Positions 1-9,664 are shown, counted from the first letter of the stretch. The stretch is DNA of 64,000 nt from a virus (IMGVR_UViG_3300027566_000003), one strand, 5' to 3'. Notes: generated by a model not told the origin, from the letters alone. Program-made: numbers and translations.

Positions 1-2019
1 CAATGGATAGGTAAACCGAGTAGTGCATATATTCCTCCGATTGTGATAACTGCTACTGATAAAGAAACAATTGCTACTTATTTACAAAATGTGTCAGATA
101 CAAAAGCATTATTACAAACAAAAATATCAACAATGCAAGCAGAAATAGCAAATACAGTAGTAAGTGCTAAATTAGTAGAATTTGTGAATATATTATATAC
201 AGCAGATACTACAAATTTTAGTAATCAAACAGATAGTAAAATTGAATGTTGGTTTTATGGATATGCTCCTACTTTATTGAATTTACCTGCTAGTGAGTGG
301 ACGACAACAACAATAAAAAATTATCATATAGGAGATTTATTTTACGATATATCTACTGGATATGGTTACAGATTTAGTGGCACATTATGGGAACAAATTA
401 CCGACACAAATGTACTAAATGCTTTAAAATCAGCTTCAATGTCCCAAGGGTCTATAGATGCCAGCGTTCGAATATTTACAGTAACACCACAACCTCCTTA
501 CAGTATTCAGGACTTATGGTTAGAATTAGCAAACAATAGTGTGAATATTTGTGTGGTAGAAAAAGAAACTGGAAGCTATGTCGCTACGGACTGGATTGAT
601 TCTAATGAATATACTGATGATATTGTAGCAAATATAACAAAGGCATTAGCAAATAAGGCGAAAACAGATGCCATTTTAGCATTGGAAGAATTAAGTGATA
701 TTTCAGACGGTAATAAAATAACAAAAAGCGAAAAAACTCAATTAAAACCAATATGGGATACAATAGTTGTAGAAAAAATAAATTTAGACGCACAGGCATT
801 ATTGTATCCATCAACTGAGATGACTTCTTATTACATACCTTATGATACTGCTTATAATGCTCTATATACTTATCTTTTGGTTACGGTTCTTCCTAATAAT
901 ACTAGTAATCCAACTCCGATTTTAAGTGATCTTACCAAAACTACTAACATTGATAGAGATGAATTTGATGGTAAGTTCAGTGATTATTATAGCACGAGAG
1001 AAGAGTTATTGGAATTTATTGCGACATCTGCTAAAGAATATGCTGATACAAAAGCTTCTTATATGCATATTGCTTATGCAACAAATAGTGATGGAACATC
1101 AGGTTTTAATTTTGCTAGTGGTACTTATATAGGAATTTATTCTGATTCAAACCCAACAGCGTCTACAGATCCTACAAAATATACATGGAGTAAAATAGTA
1201 GGCACAGATGGGACTCCTGGTTCTAATGGCTCTAGTTCATATCTTCATATTAAATATTCAAATGATGGAGGGTCAACTTTTACAACAAATAATGGTGAAG
1301 ATCCCGGAACTTATATAGGAACCTATACGGATTTTTATTACTTAGATTCATCATTAGTTACTGCCTATACATGGGCAAAAATACAGGATACTCAAGCTAT
1401 GGATATATTGGAAGACTATGCAGATGATTCTAAACTTTTAGCATTTGAGAAAAAGTTTGTGAGTAAAGAGTGGGATGTTATATACTCTGAATATCCTGAG
1501 ATTATAAATCAAACCTTTTATACTACTGAAGGTGGATTGAATATAACTATTGGTGGATCAGCATTGTATGCTACTAACTATTTTACACCTGCATATAATG
1601 CATTAGCTAGTTATATATCTACTCTTTCGTTGTCTACATCCGATACGATAACTATAAATAGAAATGATTTTAATAATTATTTTCATAATTATTATTCAAC
1701 TAAGGCTCATTTATTGTATTTAATTAGTAATGGTGGATGGACACAAAACACATCATCTACTGAGACTGATATCCAAACAGCATTAGATACGGCAAATACT
1801 GCTCTTACTAATGCTAATTCAGCAGCAACAACAGCAAATGCTGCAAATATGGCAGCAAGTGATGCTCTTTCAATAGCAATAAGCGCATCTAATACGGCAA
1901 ATACGGCATCAAGCACAGCGAACACAGCATTAGATGAAATAAGTGGGGCACTGTCCTATATAGATGATCAAATAATTCTTGTTAAGCAGTGGGTAGAAGC
2001 TAATTTCGTACATCAGTAA
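1..2019 (+). CDS. Tail fibre / host-specificity protein, 5'-truncated by the window edge
   Basis: Frame is open from base 1 (QWIGKPSSAY...). Has HIAYA..DG / YIGxYxD..YTWxKI repeats and two DxxKxxxxEK...W repeats typical of siphophage tail-fibre proteins; Ala/Thr/Asn-rich coiled-coil C-terminus. Confidence 0.7.
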   Translation, partial: QWIGKPSSAYIPPIVITATDKETIATYLQNVSDTKALLQTKISTMQAEIANTVVSAKLVEFVNILYTADTTNFSNQTDSKIECWFYGYAPTLLNLPASEWTTTTIKNYHIGDLFYDISTGYGYRFSGTLWEQITDTNVLNALKSASMSQGSIDASVRIFTVTPQPPYSIQDLWLELANNSVNICVVEKETGSYVATDWIDSNEYTDDIVANITKALANKAKTDAILALEELSDISDGNKITKSEKTQLKPIWDTIVVEKINLDAQALLYPSTEMTSYYIPYDTAYNALYTYLLVTVLPNNTSNPTPILSDLTKTTNIDRDEFDGKFSDYYSTREELLEFIATSAKEYADTKASYMHIAYATNSDGTSGFNFASGTYIGIYSDSNPTASTDPTKYTWSKIVGTDGTPGSNGSSSYLHIKYSNDGGSTFTTNNGEDPGTYIGTYTDFYYLDSSLVTAYTWAKIQDTQAMDILEDYADDSKLLAFEKKFVSKEWDVIYSEYPEIINQTFYTTEGGLNITIGGSALYATNYFTPAYNALASYISTLSLSTSDTITINRNDFNNYFHNYYSTKAHLLYLISNGGWTQNTSSTETDIQTALDTANTALTNANSAATTANAANMAASDALSIAISASNTANTASSTANTALDEISGALSYIDDQIILVKQWVEANFVHQ

Positions 2020-2045
2020 AATAACATTATTATAAAGTGAGGTGA

Positions 2046-2285
2046 TTGAGAGTGGTAAGTAGAGTAGAATTATCTAGCGGAGAATCATTTAATAAAATAA
2101 ATGACATTCGAGAATATGTTGACAATATCTCTAATCCGATAAATGTATTATTAAATATAATGATTGGTAAAGATTCCGAGGGAATATTGCCAGATGTAAT
2201 TGAAATTCATGATAAATTTCTAAGTTCATTAAACTTGATAAAGATTTATATGAAAGATAATGAGTTGTCAGAAGAATATATATAG
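2046..2285 (+). CDS. Small hypothetical protein downstream of the tail fibre
   Basis: 79-aa ORF with GAGGTGA RBS before the TTG start. Confidence 0.5.
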   Translation: MRVVSRVELSSGESFNKINDIREYVDNISNPINVLLNIMIGKDSEGILPDVIEIHDKFLSSLNLIKIYMKDNELSEEYI

Positions 2286-2458
2286 GAAATACATTTACGG
2301 ATTATGTTAAAATTCGTTCAGTGAATAAAAGTTATAATCATAATTTTGTTTCGATTACTTTGTCTAAGATTTAAAAAATTTTATCTATTTTGTATATATG
2401 TGTCGAAACACTAGATGATAATACAAAAATAAAATTTTAAAAAACTACACTTCATCAC

Positions 2459-2487
2459 TTGCTTTATTTCCCCCAATACTATATACT
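2459..2487 (+). promoter_or_regulatory. SigA-type promoter of the moron gene
   Basis: TTGCTT (2459-2464), 17-nt spacer, TATACT (2482-2487). Confidence 0.6.
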
Positions 2488-2528
2488 ACACACATAAACA
2501 AAAATACAAAAAATAGTAAAGGAAGGAA

Positions 2529-3029
2529 ATGAATATGAAGAAATTAAATACAAAAAGATTAGGTAGATTATTTGCTACATCTATATTATCAATTTCCTTA
2601 TTGCTTGTATCGGCAATTCCAGTGATGGCTAGTTCAGATTTTAACGAAAAAGAACCAAATAATTCAATATCTCAAGCAAATACTATCAAATTGAATAAAA
2701 AAGTGAATGGTGTAACTGATCAATTTGAAAATTATGACTATTATAAATTAAAAATTACTAAGAAAGGTGAATTGACGATTAGAGGAAATGCATTCCAGTA
2801 TTTTTCAAATAAATCAAAATTATGCTATGATATTAGTTCATATTTCGCAATTTCTCTATATGACAGCGATAATAATGAAATAGAAGTTAGTTCATTATTA
2901 AGTTCACGCGGATTTACTTATGGAAGAGAACTTAAAATATCTTTAGAACCAGGAGTTTATTACATTAATGTTAATGGGTATAATGGATTGAATTATAAGT
3001 TTAGTACGAGTTTTAGTAATAAGAAGTAG
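2529..3029 (+). CDS. Secreted protein: signal peptide plus a single PPC / collagenase collagen-binding-like domain (moron)
   Basis: Basic N-terminus, hydrophobic core, VMA|S cleavage-like site. EKEPNN, DYY, LEPGVYY and NY motifs match clostridial collagenase CBD/PPC domains. Confidence 0.65.
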   Translation: MNMKKLNTKRLGRLFATSILSISLLLVSAIPVMASSDFNEKEPNNSISQANTIKLNKKVNGVTDQFENYDYYKLKITKKGELTIRGNAFQYFSNKSKLCYDISSYFAISLYDSDNNEIEVSSLLSSRGFTYGRELKISLEPGVYYINVNGYNGLNYKFSTSFSNKK

Positions 3030-3063
3030 TAATAAGTATGGGTATAGTGATAGATGGGGGGAA

Positions 3064-3092
3064 AGGGACTCTATGATATGGAGTCTCTTTTT
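3064..3092 (+). terminator. Intrinsic terminator
   Basis: AGGGACTCT/GGAGTCTCT stem (two G-U pairs) followed by a T run. Confidence 0.7.
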
Positions 3093-3133
3093 GTGTTGTT
3101 TATGTTTATAAATAAAGAGGAGGAAATAAATAA

Positions 3134-4330
3134 ATGGCATTTGAATTTAATAATCCACTTCTGTATGAATTAAGAGAAGATTTAGTTAGCAAAGAAGATT
3201 TGTGTGTAATTTCTAATGAAAGTAAAATAGTTCTTGATGAACTTCCCAGTGAATTTCAGGGTGTAACTGCTGTATTGGTTGGTACAGCACAAGCAGGGTC
3301 ATCGAGCACAATAACTTTAACATCCAGTGCTTCAATTATAGATGATAGATATAATAATTTTACAATAACTATCACAGGGGGAACTGGCGCAGGGCAATCA
3401 AAATTAATTACAGATTATGCGGGTAGTACAAAAGTAGCAACAATATCTGGAATATGGACAACAAATCCAGATAATACTTCTGTATACTCTATTGCTTGTT
3501 ACAATGAATCTAAAACAGTTACAGGTTTATCTATTAATTCTTTTTATGTAAATTATTTGAATTCCATAATTACTTTTAATTCTTCAGAAATTGGGCAAAC
3601 AGTTTTAGCGTCATATTTTGGACGGGGAGTTATCGAGATCCCGGCTGAAAGAATTTATACAAAATCGGTAAATGGTGCATCAACGGAATCGATGCAGGAC
3701 GTGGCAAATAGTGTTGGTAGTGCCTCTACGGTTTTATCTAATCTAAACACGGCAATTACAACAGGAAATTCAACAACATCAACTTTAGCATCAACAATTT
3801 CAAATGCTAATGTAACAAAAAATAATTTAGATTCCAGTAATGAAATTGCTTCTGCAACAAAAACTTTATTGGATAATTTTAATAGTATAGCATTGGCAAC
3901 AAAAACAGATTTAACAAATATAAATGATGAAGCTAATGTAACTAAAGGTAATCTTGAAATTTTGATTCAAAATAATCAATATTCTATTGAGGCAGAAAAT
4001 ACTCGAATAACTAATGAAAATATTAGAATAGAAAATGAAAATGCAAGAGTAACTGAATATCAAAATATGATAAATACATCAAAAATGATATTAAAAAATC
4101 CTGTGGAGACTTATTCAGCAATAGCAACAACATATCCAAACCCACAAATTTATTGGACAGTAAGAACAACTGATGACGGGAAATTATATCGATATGATGG
4201 TAGTACTTGGGTATGGATTGATACTTTGAGTATTACTGTTTATGATACTTTGGTAAAAAAAGTAACGGTAAGTTTTACTGCTCCATTAGCACCAAATTTA
4301 TATGATGTTTGGTTAGATTTAAGTGTATAA
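3134..4330 (+). CDS. Virion structural protein (tail/baseplate-associated)
   Basis: In the tail module. GTAQAG..TITL..GGTGAGQ..ITDY.G.TKVAT..W..PD motif common in phage tail proteins; coiled coil; YRYDGSTWVWI C-terminal motif. Confidence 0.6.
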   Translation: MAFEFNNPLLYELREDLVSKEDLCVISNESKIVLDELPSEFQGVTAVLVGTAQAGSSSTITLTSSASIIDDRYNNFTITITGGTGAGQSKLITDYAGSTKVATISGIWTTNPDNTSVYSIACYNESKTVTGLSINSFYVNYLNSIITFNSSEIGQTVLASYFGRGVIEIPAERIYTKSVNGASTESMQDVANSVGSASTVLSNLNTAITTGNSTTSTLASTISNANVTKNNLDSSNEIASATKTLLDNFNSIALATKTDLTNINDEANVTKGNLEILIQNNQYSIEAENTRITNENIRIENENARVTEYQNMINTSKMILKNPVETYSAIATTYPNPQIYWTVRTTDDGKLYRYDGSTWVWIDTLSITVYDTLVKKVTVSFTAPLAPNLYDVWLDLSV

Positions 4331-4375
4331 ATATATTAATCCGATTATTAAATAAAAAAACAATATAGTTTTACT

Positions 4376-4404
4376 AAGACAGGTTTAATCACCTGTCTTT
4401 TTTT
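4376..4404 (+). terminator. Intrinsic terminator
   Basis: AAGACAGGT-TTAATC-ACCTGTCTT followed by TTTTT. Confidence 0.8.
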
Positions 4405-4428
4405 GATGTGTAATTTTAAGGAGGAAAA

Positions 4429-5208
4429 ATGGAAGATAGTTACGGGATAATATATTGTGCTACAAATGTAGTAAATAATAAAAGATATATTGGTCAAACA
4501 ATAAGAAATCTAAATAGAAGAAAGAAAGAACATATTAGTCAAGCGAATAATGGTAGTAGTTACGCTTTTCATTTGGCAATTATTAAATATGGTGCAGACA
4601 AATTTGAGTGGTCCATAATTGATGTTGCTGAAAATCAAGAAGAATTGGATGAGAAAGAACTGTACTGGATTGATTACTACGATTGCTTTAGAACTGGTGG
4701 ATATAATATGAGTATAGGTGGGCAATTTGGTAAGAAAACAGACAGTAATGCAGATGATTTATCCGTAATGAATGGAGGTAAGGAATTTTTAGTTTTTGAT
4801 ATGGAAGGTAATTTTGAGAGAAGTTGTATATCTCAAAGTGCTTTTGCTATAGAGATTGGAAGTTGTGTACAAAGTGTTAATAATGTTTTAAGAGGAAAGA
4901 AAAATAAACACTCAGTCAAGGAGAAAATATTATTTTTTAAAGATGAGTTTACAGAAGATAAATTGAGAGATAGGTTGATAATAATAAATAATATACATAG
5001 AGAATTTGTTTTGTTTGATAAAAATAATAATTATATCGGGATGTGGAATAATCAAACCAGATGTAGTGAGGAAATAGACATCAGTACAAGAGGCATTCAA
5101 CGACAGTTAAATGAAAATCCATTTCAACGAACTTTTAGAAAATATAAAATTTATTATATTGAAGATGTTCCAGAAGATTTAAAATATTTAATTAAGGAGA
5201 TGGTTTAA
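4429..5208 (+). CDS. Free-standing GIY-YIG homing endonuclease (Seg-like)
   Basis: GIIY...RYIGQT, R..EH, E..WI..Y...GYN catalytic motifs; duplicated C-terminal NUMOD-like HTH units. Confidence 0.85.
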   Translation: MEDSYGIIYCATNVVNNKRYIGQTIRNLNRRKKEHISQANNGSSYAFHLAIIKYGADKFEWSIIDVAENQEELDEKELYWIDYYDCFRTGGYNMSIGGQFGKKTDSNADDLSVMNGGKEFLVFDMEGNFERSCISQSAFAIEIGSCVQSVNNVLRGKKNKHSVKEKILFFKDEFTEDKLRDRLIIINNIHREFVLFDKNNNYIGMWNNQTRCSEEIDISTRGIQRQLNENPFQRTFRKYKIYYIEDVPEDLKYLIKEMV

Positions 5209-5211
5209 CTA

Positions 5212-7443
5212 ATGGCTAAAAATAAATATTGGGATGGTTCAGCGTGGCAAGAAGTAGGAGTTAGTGCTAGTAAAGTTACACTAACAGATTCAGGAAATAT
5301 AATAACTGCAACTGAAGTTGAAGGTGCTTTACAAGAAATAGTTACCACTGTTAGCGAACTACAGGCACAAACTACGACAGAGCTTGTAGCAAAAGCAAGC
5401 CAAGTAGATCTGGCTTTAGAAAGCGCAAGAATAACAAATCTTGCAACGTTATCGGAAGGAAGCACAACGGGAGATGCGGAGTTAATTGACGGTCGGGTTG
5501 GGGCAGATGGGATAACCTACGCAAATATAGGTAGCGCAGTCAGAGGACAGTTTGGTAAAATTAATGATTTGATTGGCGATAATTTTTCCGGCACAATATC
5601 GGAATCTAATGTCGAATTAATTATTGGTACATTTAATGTTACTAACGGTTCAATCGCTGCGAGTAATATTAGAGCAAATACCGTATTAGACTCTAAACCA
5701 GTTGCTAACGTATTTTGCAAGAGTGGATATTCTTTTCTTGTGTATGGAACTAATATAAAAGGCACCGCGCTCACAGCTATAACGAGTTGGGTGACTTCAT
5801 TTACCAACACAAATACTTATCAATATTTATATATAATTGTTAAATATACAGGCGATATCGACATATCAGGACATGATTTAACCAGTATTTTAATTGTTGT
5901 AAGTCGTGGTGACGTAGTATTATCAAAGGTCGAGAATACAACTAGATATGGCGGAGATATTGCCAGTGCTTATGCGAATTTAATTTCTGGCAACCTCGAC
6001 AGTACGGGCAATAAGTTTGTTATCCTGACTAGGGCGTTTATTGTACTTCCGACATATAATATAAGCGGATTTACAGCATCTTCAGGCTGTCTAATTTATG
6101 TGCTCACGAACAATAAAGGATATGGGTATCCTTTTAATGCTGTCGGGGATTGGGTTGCAGAATATACCATTGATGATGATTCTTTATATGTTGCAGTTAT
6201 CGTAAAGAATAATGATGGTAGTAATGTTACAAATTTAACGTCAAGTCTTACGGTTAATTATCTTTCCGAGAAAAGAAAACTTGCAACTTATGAAGAAATG
6301 CAAAAAATCTCACAGGGAGAATTATATTTGGCGGGTAAAATACTTTTATGGACGGGTACTTCCATTCCCGAACAGGGACATCCTATCTTTGTTGGTGCAG
6401 CACTTGGAGCAACCGTAATTAATAATGCAGTCGGTTCGTCAATGATGCGCATTGGTAGTTCAGTCTATGATTCTTCAGACCTTGGGGATGATTTAGGTAT
6501 AACAGGAATGTGGATGGCAAATGTATTGCGTTCCTTATCAATGACACAAGATGAACGGAGACGGTTATTTGATTGCTGGACTACAGCAGACCGGAAGTCT
6601 TATCTAATTAATGATGGCTACACGTCCGAGCAGGTTGCAAGCGTTATAGGCTATAGCAATATGTTTGCTGATGCGTATGTTGGTTCCGACCCCGTCACAC
6701 CTGTTACTGGAATCCCTTCTTCTAAACCTGTTGATGTGTGGGCAGGGGATGGAGAAATATATAAAAGTATGCGACAATTGTCGTACTCGTACTGCTGGGA
6801 TGATTCTTTAGATATCGAAGGTGATTTGAGTATAAACGGTAAAATTACGGGCACAATTCTTGGCCGCATCGAATCATATATAGACATTTCAGATGCAATT
6901 GTTTTTGAGCATTTCCGCAATGATGCTACGGGAGACGCTTTAGCTTCTACTTTTACTAGTGTTCCTGCAACGCCAAATGATAGACATTATTGTGTGGGAG
7001 CATTTATTTATCTGGTACAGCAAATTTATTTAAGAAATCCTAGAATGAAAATACTAATGGTTGGTCATTATGACAATGACGATACTAGGTATAATTTAGG
7101 AAGTGTTTGGGAGGCCGAAAAAACTGCTGCTGATTATTTTGGATTTCCATTATATCCACTTTGGGAAGATAGTGGAATAAGAGCTAGAACGCAGGTTACA
7201 ACTACAGGCTATTGGGATGCATCCCACGTATGGCACGATGCAGGTTATAACGGCACAAATCATGTTGGATCAAACCTTGAGAATTTAAGCGAAAACCCCC
7301 GTCAAATTGATGGTGTATGGGTACATGACTTATCACTTCGGCAAATTTGGATGTACGATGATATTCACCCGATGTCGGATGCTTGTAAACAGCATTTAGC
7401 TGGCTTGATTTCAGCATGGTTAAAAACACAAACTATATCGTAG
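5212..7443 (+). CDS. Receptor-binding / tail fibre protein with C-terminal SGNH-hydrolase-like domain
   Basis: N-terminal phage anchor motifs (YWDGSAW; TTGDAELIDGRVGADG). C-terminal WTGTSI (block I), EHFRND (block III) and DDIHP (block V) resemble SGNH esterases. Confidence 0.65.
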   Translation: MAKNKYWDGSAWQEVGVSASKVTLTDSGNIITATEVEGALQEIVTTVSELQAQTTTELVAKASQVDLALESARITNLATLSEGSTTGDAELIDGRVGADGITYANIGSAVRGQFGKINDLIGDNFSGTISESNVELIIGTFNVTNGSIAASNIRANTVLDSKPVANVFCKSGYSFLVYGTNIKGTALTAITSWVTSFTNTNTYQYLYIIVKYTGDIDISGHDLTSILIVVSRGDVVLSKVENTTRYGGDIASAYANLISGNLDSTGNKFVILTRAFIVLPTYNISGFTASSGCLIYVLTNNKGYGYPFNAVGDWVAEYTIDDDSLYVAVIVKNNDGSNVTNLTSSLTVNYLSEKRKLATYEEMQKISQGELYLAGKILLWTGTSIPEQGHPIFVGAALGATVINNAVGSSMMRIGSSVYDSSDLGDDLGITGMWMANVLRSLSMTQDERRRLFDCWTTADRKSYLINDGYTSEQVASVIGYSNMFADAYVGSDPVTPVTGIPSSKPVDVWAGDGEIYKSMRQLSYSYCWDDSLDIEGDLSINGKITGTILGRIESYIDISDAIVFEHFRNDATGDALASTFTSVPATPNDRHYCVGAFIYLVQQIYLRNPRMKILMVGHYDNDDTRYNLGSVWEAEKTAADYFGFPLYPLWEDSGIRARTQVTTTGYWDASHVWHDAGYNGTNHVGSNLENLSENPRQIDGVWVHDLSLRQIWMYDDIHPMSDACKQHLAGLISAWLKTQTIS

Positions 7444-7465
7444 TAGACTTATACTGTCTAGCAAG

Positions 7466-7490
7466 AAGAGAGTAGTAAATACTCTCTTTA
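7466..7490 (+). terminator. Intrinsic terminator
   Basis: AAGAGAGTA-GTAAA-TACTCTCTT hairpin. Confidence 0.65.
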
Positions 7491-7619
7491 AATATTCCTT
7501 CAACCATTTGAAAGTGCAGTTTTATTCTATTATATCAAAAATAAAAGTGGCCTATAGTAAGGGTTTCAGGGTTTTAGAAAATTTAATATTCATAAAATTT
7601 ATAGGAGGTGTAACAAATA

Positions 7620-8360
7620 ATGATTAATTTAGTATCTCCTCAATGTGTTGATTTTGTTAAATCCTTTGAAGGATTTTCTGCAACACCATATTATGACATT
7701 GTAGGAGTAAAAACAATTGGTTATGGCATGACTGGTTCAGAAATAGCTGGTTTATATTCAGTAACAGAAAAACAAGCTTCTGATATGTTAAAAAATCTAT
7801 TGAATAATAATTATGCATTACCATTAAAAAATAATTTAGACAGTAAAAAAGTTAATTTAAATCAAAATCAATTTGATGCTTTAGTTTCTATGGCATATAA
7901 CGTTGGAATTAATGGATTATTAGGATCTACATTATACAGAAATGTTTGTGCTGGCGTTAGAGATGTTAATACTATTACAGAAAATTTTTGTGCATGGAGT
8001 TACGCAGGCGGTAAAGTTATTGCTGGATTATTGAGACGGAGAAAAGATGAAGCAAATATGTTTTTTGGAAGTGGAAATGAAAATATAATAAATAAAGGAG
8101 ATGATTTTCAAATGGATGTATGCGTTGTATATTATACCCCTGCCGACTTTTCAAGTGCCTTAATATTGGCTAATTTAAACGGATCATGCGGAATGTTTTG
8201 TAGAAATGCGAGTGCCAATGTAAATCCAATTGCATTAAAAGCAAAGAAGATTATTAATGTAGGAGGGCCAAAATTAGGAGTTCCTGGAGAGGTATATTTA
8301 AGTGGAAATACTGCTGGAGATACTTTAATTATTGTTTCTAATTATCTTAAAGGGAATTAA
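7620..8360 (+). CDS. Endolysin: GH24 phage lysozyme plus CTP1L/CD27L-like C-terminal cell-wall-binding domain
   Basis: FEG...YYDIVGVKTIGYG, QNQFDALVS.AYNVG, GL.RRR..E motifs. C-terminal VVY...D...A..LA...VGG...SG...DT pattern. Confidence 0.9.
   Translation: MINLVSPQCVDFVKSFEGFSATPYYDIVGVKTIGYGMTGSEIAGLYSVTEKQASDMLKNLLNNNYALPLKNNLDSKKVNLNQNQFDALVSMAYNVGINGLLGSTLYRNVCAGVRDVNTITENFCAWSYAGGKVIAGLLRRRKDEANMFFGSGNENIINKGDDFQMDVCVVYYTPADFSSALILANLNGSCGMFCRNASANVNPIALKAKKIINVGGPKLGVPGEVYLSGNTAGDTLIIVSNYLKGN
8094..8114 (+). promoter_or_regulatory. Internal RBS and in-frame ATG (Met165) for the endolysin C-terminal domain
   Basis: AAAGGAGATGATTTTCAA-ATG; the ATG at 8112 is in frame at the catalytic/binding domain boundary. 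Confidence 0.65.
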
Positions 8361-8380
8361 AAAAATTTAAAACGACAATT

Positions 8381-8413
8381 AGAGGTGTATTTTTTTTATT
8401 TTACACCTCTTTA
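8381..8413 (+). terminator. Terminator after the endolysin
   Basis: AGAGGTGTA...TACACCTCT 9-bp stem followed by T residues. Confidence 0.65.
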
Positions 8414-8457
8414 ATGTCATTGTCATATTGATCAATATTAAATTGTCTATGTATATA

Positions 8458-8551
8458 GCAAGTCCAGATTGCCCTCTGAGACTTGCTGGATTAACAAAGT
8501 ATACGCTTTGCTAACCCTTGAAACAAAGTATAGCACAAAGAAAGGGGCAAT
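8458..8551 (+). ncRNA. Candidate structured (pseudoknot) RNA upstream of the holin-like genes
   Basis: GCAAGTC/GACTTGC stem; loop ATTGCCCT is complementary to GGGGCAAT at 8544-8551. Confidence 0.3.
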
Positions 8552-8593
8552 GTCAAGATGAATTATCAATATCAAATGGAGGTGTTAGAAGAT

Positions 8594-8995
8594 ATGAGTA
8601 TTGAACCAGAAGTAGAGAAAGTGTTGGACGAACATAAGCAGATACTAAATGAACATACTGATAAAATCCAACAATTGGAGTTAGATCAAGTTGCCGTAAA
8701 ATCAGATTTAACAAACATAAAATCTCAAATGGCAGATGTAAAAGACGCAATAATCAGATTTGAAAGCAATTCTTATCAGACATTCAATTCAATTCTACAA
8801 TCCACAACACAATTAGTAACAATTGCGTCTAATAACAATGCTGAAATTATTAAATCAAAAGACTCAAATGACACAGAAATTGTAAAAACAAAAAATAATA
8901 ACAGAAAGGATATAATTATAAAAGTTTTAACTGTTTTAGGAGCATGTATCGCCGGGTATTTAGCTAGTAAATACGGTGTAAAAATTTCTATGTGA
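8594..8995 (+). CDS. XhlA-like / holin-associated coiled-coil protein with C-terminal TM helix
   Basis: GGAGGTG RBS supports the ATG at 8594 (ORF track starts at 8558). Coiled coil then IIKVLTVLGACIAGYLA; lies in the lysis module. Confidence 0.55.
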   Translation: MSIEPEVEKVLDEHKQILNEHTDKIQQLELDQVAVKSDLTNIKSQMADVKDAIIRFESNSYQTFNSILQSTTQLVTIASNNNAEIIKSKDSNDTEIVKTKNNNRKDIIIKVLTVLGACIAGYLASKYGVKISM

Positions 8996-9039
8996 TTATA
9001 AAAATAAATATAAAATAAATAATAAGGAGATGTATTTAA

Positions 9040-9555
9040 ATGGATATTCAAAATATAATTAGTTTAGCACAAAATTATTGGGGTTTTATTTCTGTTGCTT
9101 TAGGGTTTGGTGGATTCGCATTTTTCCAACGGGAACAAGCAAAGAAAATAATTTTATCATTAATGCTTAGACTCGAAAAAGAGGCAGAAACATTAGCATT
9201 AAATACAGGTGATGAGAAATTAGAATTTATGATGGATAAAGGATATCAATTACTTCCGGCTAGTGTTAGACTATTTGTTCCTCAAGCAACATTTAATGGA
9301 TTAGTTAAAAGTTTATATGACAAAGCAAAAGCATATTTAATTGTACAACAAGCAAAAAATGATAATACTATTGACATTGTAAAGTCTCCAACTGAATCTA
9401 TAAATAGTGGCACCACAGTTACTATTACTGCTCCTGTTGTAGATATTAAAGATGCAGTTACACAATTTACCATTGAAGCATCTCAACAAGCCATAAATAA
9501 AGTATTAGTAGATATTACATCAGCAATTAATAATTCTGTAAAACCAAATAAATAG
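9040..9555 (+). CDS. Putative holin (single N-terminal TM, LL-H-like)
   Basis: Hydrophobic WGFISVALGFGGFAFF, then an amphipathic helix with a GDEK motif; follows the endolysin. Confidence 0.55.
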   Translation: MDIQNIISLAQNYWGFISVALGFGGFAFFQREQAKKIILSLMLRLEKEAETLALNTGDEKLEFMMDKGYQLLPASVRLFVPQATFNGLVKSLYDKAKAYLIVQQAKNDNTIDIVKSPTESINSGTTVTITAPVVDIKDAVTQFTIEASQQAINKVLVDITSAINNSVKPNK

Positions 9556-9600
9556 AACCCCAGAAAAGTTAGGATTTATAGGGATTGTATTTTAGAGGTT

Positions 9601-9630
9601 AGAGAGTCGTAGAAATATGACTCTCTTTTA
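9601..9630 (+). terminator. Terminator ending the lysis module
   Basis: AGAGAGTC...GACTCTCT followed by TTT. Confidence 0.7.
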
Positions 9631-9664
9631 TTATATTCAAATTTATTGAAAGGAGGTGAGAGGA

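Noticed and set aside
2529-3029. Arbitrium AimP-like signalling peptide (expected in SPbeta-like phages)
   Set aside because: At 166 aa with a folded domain it is far too long, and no TPR-type AimR receptor is in the window.
1-7443. Diversity-generating retroelement acting on tail fibres
   Set aside because: No reverse transcriptase and no TR/VR repeat pair seen in the window.
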